The notes under the pieces were generated by a model. The model did not search any database, had not been told where the DNA came from, and saw nothing but the letters and a program-made list of their open reading frames with translations. A stretch of 32,000 nucleotides of DNA from Patescibacteria group bacterium (lineage in GTDB: Bacteria > Patescibacteriota > UBA1384 > XYA2-FULL-43-10), in NCBI GenBank assembly GCA_041674405.1, contig JBAYVT010000003.1:90001-122000 (forward strand). The letters are read 5' to 3'. The position numbers and the translations under genes are program-made. This document shows, piece by piece, positions 8,860 to 17,464 of the stretch (position 1 is the stretch's first letter; each line of letters starts with the position of its first letter).

Positions 8860-10008
8860 ATGAAAAAAGTTCTCGCAGCAATAGCGTTATTGATTACAAT
8901 ATCAATGATGCCCTCGATGGCGTTGGCGGCAGATTTTCGAAGCGCAAAACAAGGACCTCTCGATATTGGAAAAGATGAAGCGGCCAAGAATCTATATGCC
9001 GCAGCCAGCACGATAAATACTTCCGCAAACATTAAAGGAGATTTGGTTGCTGCCGGAAGTTCGATCAACGTGCAAGGTGATGTCGAAGATAGCTTGGTTG
9101 CCGCTGGGTCCAACATAAATGTCCAAGGCAAAATTGGCCAAAATGCAAAACTGGCAGGGTCGAATATTAATCTGACTGGCAATATTGGTGGCGATTTGTT
9201 AGCAGGCGGAGCAATGATTTCCGTTTCTGATTCCTCAACCATTGGCGGCGACTTGATAGCTGGCGTAACGACTCTTTCGTTGAGCGGAACAGTTAGCGGC
9301 AAAGCGCGAATTGCCGGAACGGACGTTACATTAAACGGAAAAATTGATGGTGATACCGATATTTGGGCAACCAATGTAACCCTCGGCGACAAAGCAATAA
9401 TTAACGGAAAATTAACCTATCATTCCCCGAACACAGCTGCAATTTCTGAATCTGCGAATGTAAAAGGTGGAATTGACTATCAAAAGACAGAAAACCAAAA
9501 GCAATATTACAGCAAAGCAAAGATGTTCGGGCTTTTCGGAACACTTGGAATTTTAGGCATTCTTGCAACACTTGCCTTATTGTTTGTTGTCGTTTATTTG
9601 CTGCCCAAAACAAGCAAGAATTATGTTACGGAAATGCTTTCTTCTTTTTGGAATAATCTCGGTTGGGGTTTCCTCACACTCGTTGCCGTACCGGTAGGCC
9701 TAATAATCGTTTCAATTACCATAATCGGGGTTAAACTCGCCGCAATTCTATTCCTTCTTTATGGTGCGCTTTTAGCAGTCGCAGGGATCTATGGCACTAT
9801 TGCAATCGGCGCCCAACTGCTTAGATGGTTCGATTCCCGCCTGAAGGAATTTCGTGTTGATTGGCTAACAATTCTGATAGCGACGCTTGCAACAATCATC
9901 CTTGCTTTGATTCCGATTGCTGGCGGCCTAATTGTCTTCGCTTTCATGCTTGTCGGCCTCGGGCAACTAGTTCAAAATATTACTCGGTTTCTAAAAAGCC
10001 AACGCTAA
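8860..10008 (+). CDS. Bactofilin-like beta-helix repeat protein with signal peptide and C-terminal polytopic membrane domain
   Basis: ATG at 8860 follows AAGGAG. Signal peptide MKKVLAAIALLITISMMPSMALAADF. Repeats read GDLVAAGSSINVQGDV / DSLVAAGSNINVQGKI / AKLAGSNINLTGNI. About 4 C-terminal TM segments. Confidence 0.7.
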   Translation: MKKVLAAIALLITISMMPSMALAADFRSAKQGPLDIGKDEAAKNLYAAASTINTSANIKGDLVAAGSSINVQGDVEDSLVAAGSNINVQGKIGQNAKLAGSNINLTGNIGGDLLAGGAMISVSDSSTIGGDLIAGVTTLSLSGTVSGKARIAGTDVTLNGKIDGDTDIWATNVTLGDKAIINGKLTYHSPNTAAISESANVKGGIDYQKTENQKQYYSKAKMFGLFGTLGILGILATLALLFVVVYLLPKTSKNYVTEMLSSFWNNLGWGFLTLVAVPVGLIIVSITIIGVKLAAILFLLYGALLAVAGIYGTIAIGAQLLRWFDSRLKEFRVDWLTILIATLATIILALIPIAGGLIVFAFMLVGLGQLVQNITRFLKSQR

Positions 10009-10085
10009 TTTTCTACTTGACCACGGTTTGCTCAATATCTATAATTGTAGTGTATTATTTTTGATTTAATTATCGAGGGGAGTTT

Positions 10086-10283
10086 ATGAAAAAAGTACTC
10101 GTGTATGTAGGACTGGTCTTGTCGATAGTGGCTGGTTTAGTGTTGTTTGCGTCAAACGATTCCAAGGCAGCGGCCGAGGGGCCAACATGTAATTTTATCC
10201 CCGATAATACAAATTCTCTCTATGGAAAGACAGCACAAACAATACTCTGGCTGAAACATTCACAACAACCTTTGACAAAATAA
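10086..10283 (+). CDS. Signal-peptide-only ORF, probably the 5' fragment of the downstream FN3 protein gene
   Basis: GAGGGGAG RBS and signal peptide MKKVLVYVGLVLSIVAGLVLFASNDSKAAA. The downstream frame is open from 10208 and overlaps this ORF. Confidence 0.4.
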   Translation: MKKVLVYVGLVLSIVAGLVLFASNDSKAAAEGPTCNFIPDNTNSLYGKTAQTILWLKHSQQPLTK

Positions 10284-10360
10284 CAAAGGTTGATGTCAAG
10301 GCAAACAGCTTAGGAGGCTTTACCGGCACTATCACGGCTGCGATTTATTACGAGCCTGAG

Positions 10361-11431
10361 ATGGGCATAGCAGGCATGACGACACGGAAATTTACAAATA
10401 TGTCAGCCATGGATGATTATGAATTTACTTTTAATTCCCCTTTCACCGTACACCCTGGAGTAAATTACCAATTAGTGCTGTGGCTCACAGACAAGAATGA
10501 AGCTGATTTGTCGGGCACTTTTTATTGGAGGGTTTCGACAGATGCATCTTGCTATCCCGATGGTTATATCAAGATCAATACAATAAATGATTACCCGGCT
10601 TTGGATTTTGGTTTCCAAGTTTACGGAACAAAGGCATCGGTCCCAGCAGATGGTGATAATCCTTCTGACCAAACTGAAGAAACGACCGGGTCTACGCCAT
10701 CCGAAAATGTTTCATCATCTATTGCCAAACCGACTTCCCTTGCTGCGGCATATGTCTCTGATTCAACACCCAAAGGCGTGAAATTGACTTGGAAAGCATC
10801 AACAACTACAGATATCGATGGCTATCGCATTTACCGCTCAACCGTGAAGGGAAAGAGCTATTCCAGGATTGGGCAAGTTGAAAAGACCAAATTGGAGTTT
10901 GTCGACCAGGCCGCCGAAGCATCACAAACATACTATTATGTAGTCCGTGCTTATAAAGCTTCTGATGAATCAGCGAGTTCCAACGAAGCTTCGCTTCAGG
11001 TTCCAGCCGATGCCGCACCTATTTCACCACAAAATTTGCACGTTGTTTCATTTACTGACTCTAAAATCAAAGTTGCTTGGGATAAAAATCCGGAATCAAA
11101 TATCACAGCTTATACCTTGGTGATTTACAAAGGAGACAATGTTGTCGAGACAGTAACCCTGCCAGTTGCAAGCACAGAAAATATTTTTTCAAATTTAAGT
11201 GCCAATACCGATTACCGCATTACGGTACTTGCTTCAAACGATAAAGGTATCTCCTCTTCCGTATCCGAAATTACGCAGAAAACCGCAGCGGGCGCAACTC
11301 AAGTTTCTGCCGGGAAATTCGAAATGACGACCTTGACCTGGATATTGTCCGGAATAGCGGTCCTCTTGATCGGCACCTTGATACTCCTAATTTTGCGACG
11401 AAAAAGATTGGCAAAAAAGATCATACGATAA
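10361..11431 (+). CDS. Surface protein with two fibronectin type III-like domains and a C-terminal TM anchor
   Basis: FN3-like blocks (GVKLTWKAS...GYRIYRS...YYYVVRAY and KIKVAWDKN...YTLVIYKG...YRITVLASN). C-terminal TM plus RRKRLAKK. The frame has no signal peptide of its own and stays open upstream to 10208. Confidence 0.7.
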   Translation: MGIAGMTTRKFTNMSAMDDYEFTFNSPFTVHPGVNYQLVLWLTDKNEADLSGTFYWRVSTDASCYPDGYIKINTINDYPALDFGFQVYGTKASVPADGDNPSDQTEETTGSTPSENVSSSIAKPTSLAAAYVSDSTPKGVKLTWKASTTTDIDGYRIYRSTVKGKSYSRIGQVEKTKLEFVDQAAEASQTYYYVVRAYKASDESASSNEASLQVPADAAPISPQNLHVVSFTDSKIKVAWDKNPESNITAYTLVIYKGDNVVETVTLPVASTENIFSNLSANTDYRITVLASNDKGISSSVSEITQKTAAGATQVSAGKFEMTTLTWILSGIAVLLIGTLILLILRRKRLAKKIIR

Positions 11432-11440
11432 CAAACTGGA

Positions 11441-11471
11441 AAAAAGCAGATTTTATAAAGTCTGCTTTTTT
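11441..11471 (+). terminator. Rho-independent terminator
   Basis: AAAAAGCAGATTT / AAGTCTGCTTTTTT hairpin followed by a T-run. Confidence 0.55.
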
Positions 11472-11485
11472 CGTATAATCAGTGC

Positions 11486-12121
11486 ATGAATAATAAAAAA
11501 CTTCTAATTTGGATGACTTGCTATGGCGGCTGGGCACCGGATTTAAGATCGAGGATTGAAATTCGAGGTCATGATGAGTATTTAAATGGCGTCGTCGATT
11601 TTGTGGTAAAAAATAACAAAAATATAGTCAGCTTTTTTATTTCTGGCGGTATGTTTGATAGTAAGGGCAGGACCGAATGTGAGACAGTTAGACCGGAACT
11701 TATTCGTCGCCTTGCAGTAAAAGGCATCCAAATCAATATTGAAACTGATAAAAAGAGTATTACAGGCCAAGAGATAATGGAAAAATTTCTATCAACTTGG
11801 CAATCAGAATATTCCGATGCTGATCCCGTTTTATTTGTTGACCAAGTTCGGGCTGAAGTTAATAGATACTCTTTTCATTATTATTGTAAGAAACTAGGTA
11901 TCGATAATCTTAATGAAGACGTAATCCATCCACTACACCGCCTCGACGATCACCCAGACAGCACATTAGAAAAACAAGCTAAAAAACTTAAGATGATGAA
12001 GGAAAAAGGCGTTGACTTCGTCGAAAAAGAAGAACGGAAAATTCGTCTTGAGCTAGCTAAAAATAGCGAAATTAATACGATTTGTAGAAGAAAAGATAGT
12101 AAACAAGGCCATAAACAATAG
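11486..12121 (+). CDS. DUF218 / YdcF-like protein (tentative)
   Basis: 211 aa. The pattern LLIWMTCYGGW...FFISGGMF...TECETVRPEL...SITGQEIM loosely fits the YdcF/ElyC fold. TATAAT lies 6 nt before the ATG. Confidence 0.5.
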   Translation: MNNKKLLIWMTCYGGWAPDLRSRIEIRGHDEYLNGVVDFVVKNNKNIVSFFISGGMFDSKGRTECETVRPELIRRLAVKGIQINIETDKKSITGQEIMEKFLSTWQSEYSDADPVLFVDQVRAEVNRYSFHYYCKKLGIDNLNEDVIHPLHRLDDHPDSTLEKQAKKLKMMKEKGVDFVEKEERKIRLELAKNSEINTICRRKDSKQGHKQ

Positions 12122-12197
12122 CAGCTGCGACCAAATAAATCACTATCCATAACCAAACCGGCGTCTTCCCGTAGCCGCCCTTATCCTCTTCGGGCAT
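12072..12197 (-). CDS. Possible 41-aa single-TM miniprotein
   Basis: Not in the ORF track. AAAGGAGAAGT precedes the ATG. Sequence is MPEEDKGGYGKTPVWLWIVIYLVAAAIVYGLVYYLFFYKSY. It overlaps the 3' end of the 11486..12121 gene in antisense. Confidence 0.3.
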   Translation of the reverse strand: MPEEDKGGYGKTPVWLWIVIYLVAAAIVYGLVYYLFFYKSY

Positions 12198-12343
12198 ACT
12201 TCTCCTTTTTTAATTAACTGCTTCGATTTTATTTGATAACTCTGCTGTAATCATTGTAGTTTTCTTCAATTTTGTAGAAAAAATGATCGACTTTTATTTC
12301 TATCCTCGCTAAAATGTATAAAGAATTAAAAAAGTGAGGTTTT

Positions 12344-12901
12344 ATGAGCAAAACACAGGAGAATTTACTTAAAGCGTTTGCCGGCGAATCGATGGCGAGA
12401 AACAAGTACACATTCTTTGCCAAGAAAGCGACAGCTGAGGGATTAATTTGGATTGCTAAAGTGTTTGAGGAAACGGCCGACAATGAGCGGGCGCATGCCG
12501 AGGAAGAATACGAAAAAATGGAGCCAGCTGTCGAGATGACAAATACTTACGACATTAATTCTTTGGGCACGACACTCGAGAATTTACGCCATGCCGCCGC
12601 CGGCGAGAATTTTGAATGGACGAAAATGTATCCAGAATTTGAGAAAACCGCGGAAGAAGAAGGAAACGCTGAAGCTGCCAAACTTTTCAAGGAGATCAAA
12701 GAGGTCGAAGAGAAACACGACGAGCGCTATACAATTCTTGCGGACAAACTTGAAAAGGGTGAACTATACAAATCCGAGAATGAGATTGAATGGAAATGCC
12801 TAAATTGCGGATACATTCATAAAGGAACTTCCGCACCCGACAAGTGTCCTCTCTGCACCAAGCCACAAGGCTGGTATATGGGATTGGGAATCGTCAGATA
12901 A
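12344..12901 (+). CDS. rbr: Rubrerythrin
   Basis: A ferritin-like N-terminal domain (ENLLKAFAGESMARNKY, ERAHAEEE, AAAGENFEW) plus a C-terminal rubredoxin-like CLNCG...CPLC. Confidence 0.9.
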   Translation: MSKTQENLLKAFAGESMARNKYTFFAKKATAEGLIWIAKVFEETADNERAHAEEEYEKMEPAVEMTNTYDINSLGTTLENLRHAAAGENFEWTKMYPEFEKTAEEEGNAEAAKLFKEIKEVEEKHDERYTILADKLEKGELYKSENEIEWKCLNCGYIHKGTSAPDKCPLCTKPQGWYMGLGIVR

Positions 12902-12937
12902 CTAGTCCTTAGTTTGTAGTCCTTAGTTTGTAGTAAT

Positions 12938-12968
12938 GAAAAAATGACCATGTGATGGTCATTTTTTC
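12938..12968. terminator. Bidirectional terminator between convergent rbr and rpoD
   Basis: AAAAAATGACCAT gtg ATGGTCATTTTTT: a perfect hairpin flanked by an A-run and a T-run. Confidence 0.7.
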
Positions 12969-13017
12969 ATATTTGTATTTGCTGAGGACTACGGACTACT
13001 CACTAGAGACTAGCGAA

Positions 13018-14136
13018 CTATTTCAGGTAGTCTCTTAACTCTTCTGATTTTTCGTGTTTCTTGAGTTTTTGCAGGGCTTTAGCTTCGATCTGGCGAATTC
13101 GTTCGCGGGTGACGCCGAATTCCTGGCCGACTTCCTCAAGTGTATGCGTGCGTCCGTTCTCAAGCCCAAATCTCATACGCAAAATTTTCTGCTCGCGCGG
13201 TGAAAGCTCGCCAAGAAACTCGTTAACGTGGCCCTTAAGAAGTTGATAAATCGCCGATTCCTCCGGCGACAAGTTCTTGTCGTCTTCGATAAAATCGGAA
13301 AGTTTAGAATCCTCCTCTTCGCCCACGGGTGCTTCAAGAGAAACTGTTTCTTGTGAAATTTTGATAATATGTTCGACTTTATCAAGATCAAGCCCCATTT
13401 CTTGGGCAATTTCCTCCGGAGTCGGTTCGCGGCCAAGATCCTGAACCAGTTGGCGTTGGACACGGATCAACTTGTTAATCGTCTCAATCATGTGAACCGG
13501 AATCCGAATTGTTCTCGCCTGGTCGGCAATAGCTCGAGTTATCGCTTGGCGAATCCACCAAGTGGCATATGTCGAGAATTTATAGCCTTTTTTATAATCG
13601 AATTTCTCAACTGCGCGCATCAATCCCGTATTTCCCTCTTGGATCAAGTCGAGAAGCGATAGCCCGCGGCCAAGATATTTTTTGGCAATGGAAACAACCA
13701 ACCGCAGATTAGCTTCGGCCAACTTTTTCTTCGCAACCTTGTCCCCTGATTCAACTCTCTTTGCTAGGCGGACTTCGTCTTCAGTGGACAGAAGAGGAAT
13801 GCGGCCGATTTCACGTAAATACATGCGGACAGAATCGTCATCGGCAATTCCTGATATATCAAGGTCTTTGTCATATTTACTTTTGGCTTTGTCATCGCCG
13901 ATTGCAGTTGCAATTATTCCGCCAGGTGCACTTTCTTTGAATTCGATGCCCTTTAGGAACATATAATCAAATATCTCATCGAGTTCAGCAACATTTTTTT
14001 CCGGCTCCGGCATCGCCTGGATCATTTCTCTTGCCGTAACAAAACCATGGGATTTACCTTTTCCAAGAAGCTTATTTACCTCTTCTGAAAATGGCAGTGG
14101 TTCTTCTTTTTTGAGTTGAAATACTTTTTTTGCCAT
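13018..14136 (-). CDS. rpoD: RNA polymerase primary sigma factor (sigma-70 family)
   Basis: Region 2 ([13 protein letters not shown]), region 3, and region 4 ([24 protein letters not shown]). Confidence 0.95.
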   Translation of the reverse strand: MAKKVFQLKKEEPLPFSEEVNKLLGKGKSHGFVTAREMIQAMPEPEKNVAELDEIFDYMFLKGIEFKESAPGGIIATAIGDDKAKSKYDKDLDISGIADDDSVRMYLREIGRIPLLSTEDEVRLAKRVESGDKVAKKKLAEANLRLVVSIAKKYLGRGLSLLDLIQEGNTGLMRAVEKFDYKKGYKFSTYATWWIRQAITRAIADQARTIRIPVHMIETINKLIRVQRQLVQDLGREPTPEEIAQEMGLDLDKVEHIIKISQETVSLEAPVGEEEDSKLSDFIEDDKNLSPEESAIYQLLKGHVNEFLGELSPREQKILRMRFGLENGRTHTLEEVGQEFGVTRERIRQIEAKALQKLKKHEKSEELRDYLK

Positions 14137-14171
14137 AATATATAACCCCCAAAAACTAAATTCTAAGCCCT

Positions 14172-14260
14172 AAATCCTAAACGATCCTCAAACAATCTCA
14201 AATCCGCATATTTACACTTTTGAAATTTTGGATTTTGGATTTATTTTGAGTTTAGGATTT
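14172..14260 (-). promoter_or_regulatory. rpoD 5'-leader inverted repeat (AAATCCTAAAC ... GTTTAGGATTT)
   Basis: 11/11 complementary arms at 14172-14182 and 14250-14260. They lie downstream of the TTGATT-17-TGaTATAAT promoter (14307..14279) and upstream of the start at 14136. Confidence 0.5.
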
Positions 14261-14295
14261 TTTCGTATAACAATCGTGATTATATCATTTCACGC

Positions 14296-16035
14296 CTACT
14301 TAATCAACTCTTGGAACTCAGAGAGAAGTTTTTTAATCTTCTCGTGATCGCCGGACTCTTCGGCCGCTTTTATTCGAGCAGCAAAATCGAGCTTGATATG
14401 TTCATTCGAATCACGCTTAATTCGCTCAACCAAAAATTCGATTTCTGACTTTAATACATTCTCATCACCTATTTCAATATCTGCTACTGATAATGCCGCG
14501 ATCCCGTCCAAGGCGAGCTTTTCTTTGGGCAAATATTTGTCTGCCTCCATTTTTTGATCAGCAATTTCATTCAGGAATTTAATCACCGGCTGATTTTCCG
14601 ACTCCAGACTTGAAAGGCGCAGTTTTTTTGTGTCGACGAATTTGGTCACTTCCGGTTTGGCCCACAAAATCCCAGCCAAACGCTCAACCGCGGTTAGATT
14701 TGGGGCTTGGGCCTGCTCCACAGAGCCTTTTTTGGCCTCATCGGATTTGGTTTTTGAGAGCGCATCCAAGAGCGAGGATTCAGAAATGGCTAGCTTGCCC
14801 GAAAGATACTTCAAGTAGTGCTCCTTTTCAATATCGGAATATATAATTTTGATCACGGGCAATATTTCTTTGGCAATTTTTTTCTTGGCAGAAACTGAAA
14901 GATCGGGATCTTTGCGAACAAGAAGATCAATCCAATACTCAAGTGCCGGCTTAGACTCTTTTACTGCCCGCTCCCAATTTTTTGGGTCAGCCTTGATCGC
15001 TTCATCGGGGTCCTTGTAAACTTTAGGCAAAGAAATTATCCGTGCAGTAATGTCATTTCGCAGTGCAATTGTAATCGCTTTCTTCATCGCCGCTTCACCC
15101 GCCACATCGGAATCGAAAGAAAAAGCGACTTCTGATGCGTAGCGAGACAATATTTTGAGCTGATCTTCGGTCAAGGCCGTTCCGGACGAAGCAACGACAT
15201 TTTTAAAACCGGCCTGATGACAAGCGATCACATCCATATTGCCTTCAACAAGAATGGCAAGATCAGCCTCTTTAATCGCCATTTTTGCCTTATCAAGCCC
15301 GTAAAGCACCTTGCCCTTAGTATAAATCTCCGTCTCAGCGGAATTGACATACTTTGCCTGCTTCTCATCGTCTTCCAGAACGCGTGATGTAAAAGCAATC
15401 ACCGAGCCCATGACATTGTCAATCGGAAACATGATTCGGCCGCGAAACCGATCATAATAATCGCCTTTCCCACTCTGCGCCATTAACCCGGCTTTGGCGA
15501 TCTCCGGCGGTTTGAACTTGAATTTAATGCCAAGAAATTTGCGTAAAAAATCCCAAGAGTTCGGCGCATAGCCAATGCGAAATTCACTTATCGTCTCATC
15601 GGTCATCCCACGTTTTTTCAAATATTTACGCGCTTTTTCAGCCTTCGGATGATCGGTAAGAATTTTATGATAAAGTTTTGCAGCAATCTCGTTAATTTCA
15701 TAAAGGCGAGTTTTTTGATCGGCCCTGTGTTCAACATTGCCATATTTAACCGATTGCGATTTTAATTTTATACCGGCGCGATCAGCAAGGATTTTTAGAG
15801 CATTGTAAAAATCTATGCCCTCAATTTTCTCAATGAAGGTAAAAATGTCGCCGCCTTCCCCACAGCCAAAGCACTTGAAAGTTTGCCTCTCCGGTGAAAC
15901 CATAAAGGAAGGAGTTTTTTCATTGTGAAAAGGGCAGGCTGCCTTATAATTGACGCCCGCCTTCTTAAGCGTAAGATAGCTTGATATCACCTCGGTAATA
16001 TCAAGCCTCTCCTTTATTTGTTCGACTTCATCCAT
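14296..16035 (-). CDS. dnaG: DNA primase
   Basis: Zinc finger CPFHNEKTPSF...CFGCGEGG and TOPRIM (LVEGNMDVI, SFDSDVAG). I chose the ATG at 16035; the track uses the TTG at 16044. Confidence 0.93.
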   Translation of the reverse strand: MDEVEQIKERLDITEVISSYLTLKKAGVNYKAACPFHNEKTPSFMVSPERQTFKCFGCGEGGDIFTFIEKIEGIDFYNALKILADRAGIKLKSQSVKYGNVEHRADQKTRLYEINEIAAKLYHKILTDHPKAEKARKYLKKRGMTDETISEFRIGYAPNSWDFLRKFLGIKFKFKPPEIAKAGLMAQSGKGDYYDRFRGRIMFPIDNVMGSVIAFTSRVLEDDEKQAKYVNSAETEIYTKGKVLYGLDKAKMAIKEADLAILVEGNMDVIACHQAGFKNVVASSGTALTEDQLKILSRYASEVAFSFDSDVAGEAAMKKAITIALRNDITARIISLPKVYKDPDEAIKADPKNWERAVKESKPALEYWIDLLVRKDPDLSVSAKKKIAKEILPVIKIIYSDIEKEHYLKYLSGKLAISESSLLDALSKTKSDEAKKGSVEQAQAPNLTAVERLAGILWAKPEVTKFVDTKKLRLSSLESENQPVIKFLNEIADQKMEADKYLPKEKLALDGIAALSVADIEIGDENVLKSEIEFLVERIKRDSNEHIKLDFAARIKAAEESGDHEKIKKLLSEFQELIK

Positions 16036-16069
16036 GTAGACCAATTGTATAGAAAAAAATCACTTTGGT

Positions 16070-16585
16070 CTAATTAGCATCAAATTGCATACAATATTTG
16101 GCATTTTGGTTTTGCAGCTTTTTGGGCTTCTCTTGCTTGATGTGATATGCCAACACAAGCTCGTCATATAAGCCTTCAATCAGTTCATATCTGCGCGCTT
16201 CTGCAAGATCCACCCATGCAAAATCAATTATTTCATCACCTAATTTTATTCCGCCCCCAGCATAATCAGCGGCAAAACTTATCACAATGGTCGGAATGTT
16301 ATCTGGCCGTATAAAAACTAAATTTTTTATATACGAAATATTCCTAATTTGGATCCCAACTTCCTCGGCACATTCTCGCATTACCAAATGGTCAAGAATG
16401 TGATGCCAATGCTGTGAGGTATTTTTGGGTCGATGAATATAATCGTTCAAATTTAATTTTCCACCGGGGAAACCCCATAGTCCCGCCATGGCAGTTTCTT
16501 TTTTCGATCTCCTAACAATCAAAAACTTGTCGCCTCGCATTATCGCCGCCGTTGCCACCACATAATGGTTGTTCTCTTCTTTCAT
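16070..16585 (-). CDS. Nudix hydrolase with atypical, insertion-containing Nudix box
   Basis: GLWGFPGGKL...(insert)...RECAEEVGI. The RBS lies inside the perfect hairpin CCTTGGGAT aata ATCCCAAGG. Confidence 0.8.
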   Translation of the reverse strand: MKEENNHYVVATAAIMRGDKFLIVRRSKKETAMAGLWGFPGGKLNLNDYIHRPKNTSQHWHHILDHLVMRECAEEVGIQIRNISYIKNLVFIRPDNIPTIVISFAADYAGGGIKLGDEIIDFAWVDLAEARRYELIEGLYDELVLAYHIKQEKPKKLQNQNAKYCMQFDAN

Positions 16586-16692
16586 AAACCTCCTTGGGAT
16601 TATTATCCCAAGGATAAACCTGCCGGTTTTGCATGTAAAAAAATAAAAAATGCCAATTACTTATTGACACTAAATGTCGTAGGAAAGAACAA

Positions 16693-17355
16693 CTATTCAA
16701 AATAATTGCATTCGCAAGGAGTTTTCTTGCAGACATGGCAGCCATCTTTAAACATGGCCAGAAATTCATCTTTAAAGTCAATTTTGAAATAATTAAATAT
16801 TCTAAGCAGCATAACAAAATAATCCGCTGTTAATATTTCGATCTCTCGAAATCGGCTTTTTCTTTTTTCTCTCACAAAGGCGCGAAAAGCTGACATGAGT
16901 TCCTCGAATTTAGAGCGCAATTTTAAATGGTAATTTTTTACTTTTGAAACTGGATATATTTTTAGAAGTATTTCCTGCCACTCGGAAATATCTTGGGGTT
17001 TTCGTGATGGCGGCCGACCGGTTTTCTGCGATTTTTGTGGTTCTAATTCATTGCAAATACAAGGAATTTCAAGGCAGAAAGGGCATTTATAAGAATATCT
17101 TTTCCAGAGATTTTCCGGCAAATCAATGTGAAACCGATTTACAAAAGCAAAAAGCCATGCGAAAGAGACCATCATATTATTAAACGCTTCGGGAAGCCTA
17201 TTTTTATTTTGTTCTTCCATATATGCGGTAAGAAAACGCTGATGGTTATAAAGCAGATCTTCGACAGAATAAAGGCGATCATCGGGTACCTGATAGATTG
17301 CTTCAATACGAAGAAGGATATCGTTCAAGGATAGATTTTCTTCATTTGTTCTCAT
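16693..17355 (-). CDS. Tandem all-alpha repeat protein, each half ending in a CxxC-x3-PCxC knuckle (possibly MazG-like)
   Basis: 220 aa. The halves end in YKCPFCLEIPCIC and DGCHVCKKTPCEC. The helical repeats resemble MazG-type NTP pyrophosphohydrolase folds, by my recollection only. Confidence 0.55.
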   Translation of the reverse strand: MRTNEENLSLNDILLRIEAIYQVPDDRLYSVEDLLYNHQRFLTAYMEEQNKNRLPEAFNNMMVSFAWLFAFVNRFHIDLPENLWKRYSYKCPFCLEIPCICNELEPQKSQKTGRPPSRKPQDISEWQEILLKIYPVSKVKNYHLKLRSKFEELMSAFRAFVREKRKSRFREIEILTADYFVMLLRIFNYFKIDFKDEFLAMFKDGCHVCKKTPCECNYFE

Positions 17356-17390
17356 GCATTCATAGTATCATATTTGTCAAATTGGCCTTT

Positions 17391-17430
17391 AAAAAGAAAC
17401 CGCCCGTGCCAGCATAGCTGACACGGACCG
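17391..17430 (-). terminator. Rho-independent terminator of the 369-aa GC-rich gene
   Basis: Minus-sense CCGTGTCAG c tatg CTGGCACGG, 9 bp including one G-U pair that is valid only on the minus strand. TTTCTTTTT follows 4 nt (GCGG) downstream. Confidence 0.6.
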
Positions 17431-17464
17431 GTCTCCCCTTTCTTTGGTTTGTTGCCACGCGACG

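Noticed and set aside
8751-9392. 213-aa minus-strand ORF antisense to the bactofilin-like gene.
   Set aside because: It is an artefact of the repetitive G/A/N/I codon pattern. The sense frame has an RBS, a signal peptide and regular repeats.
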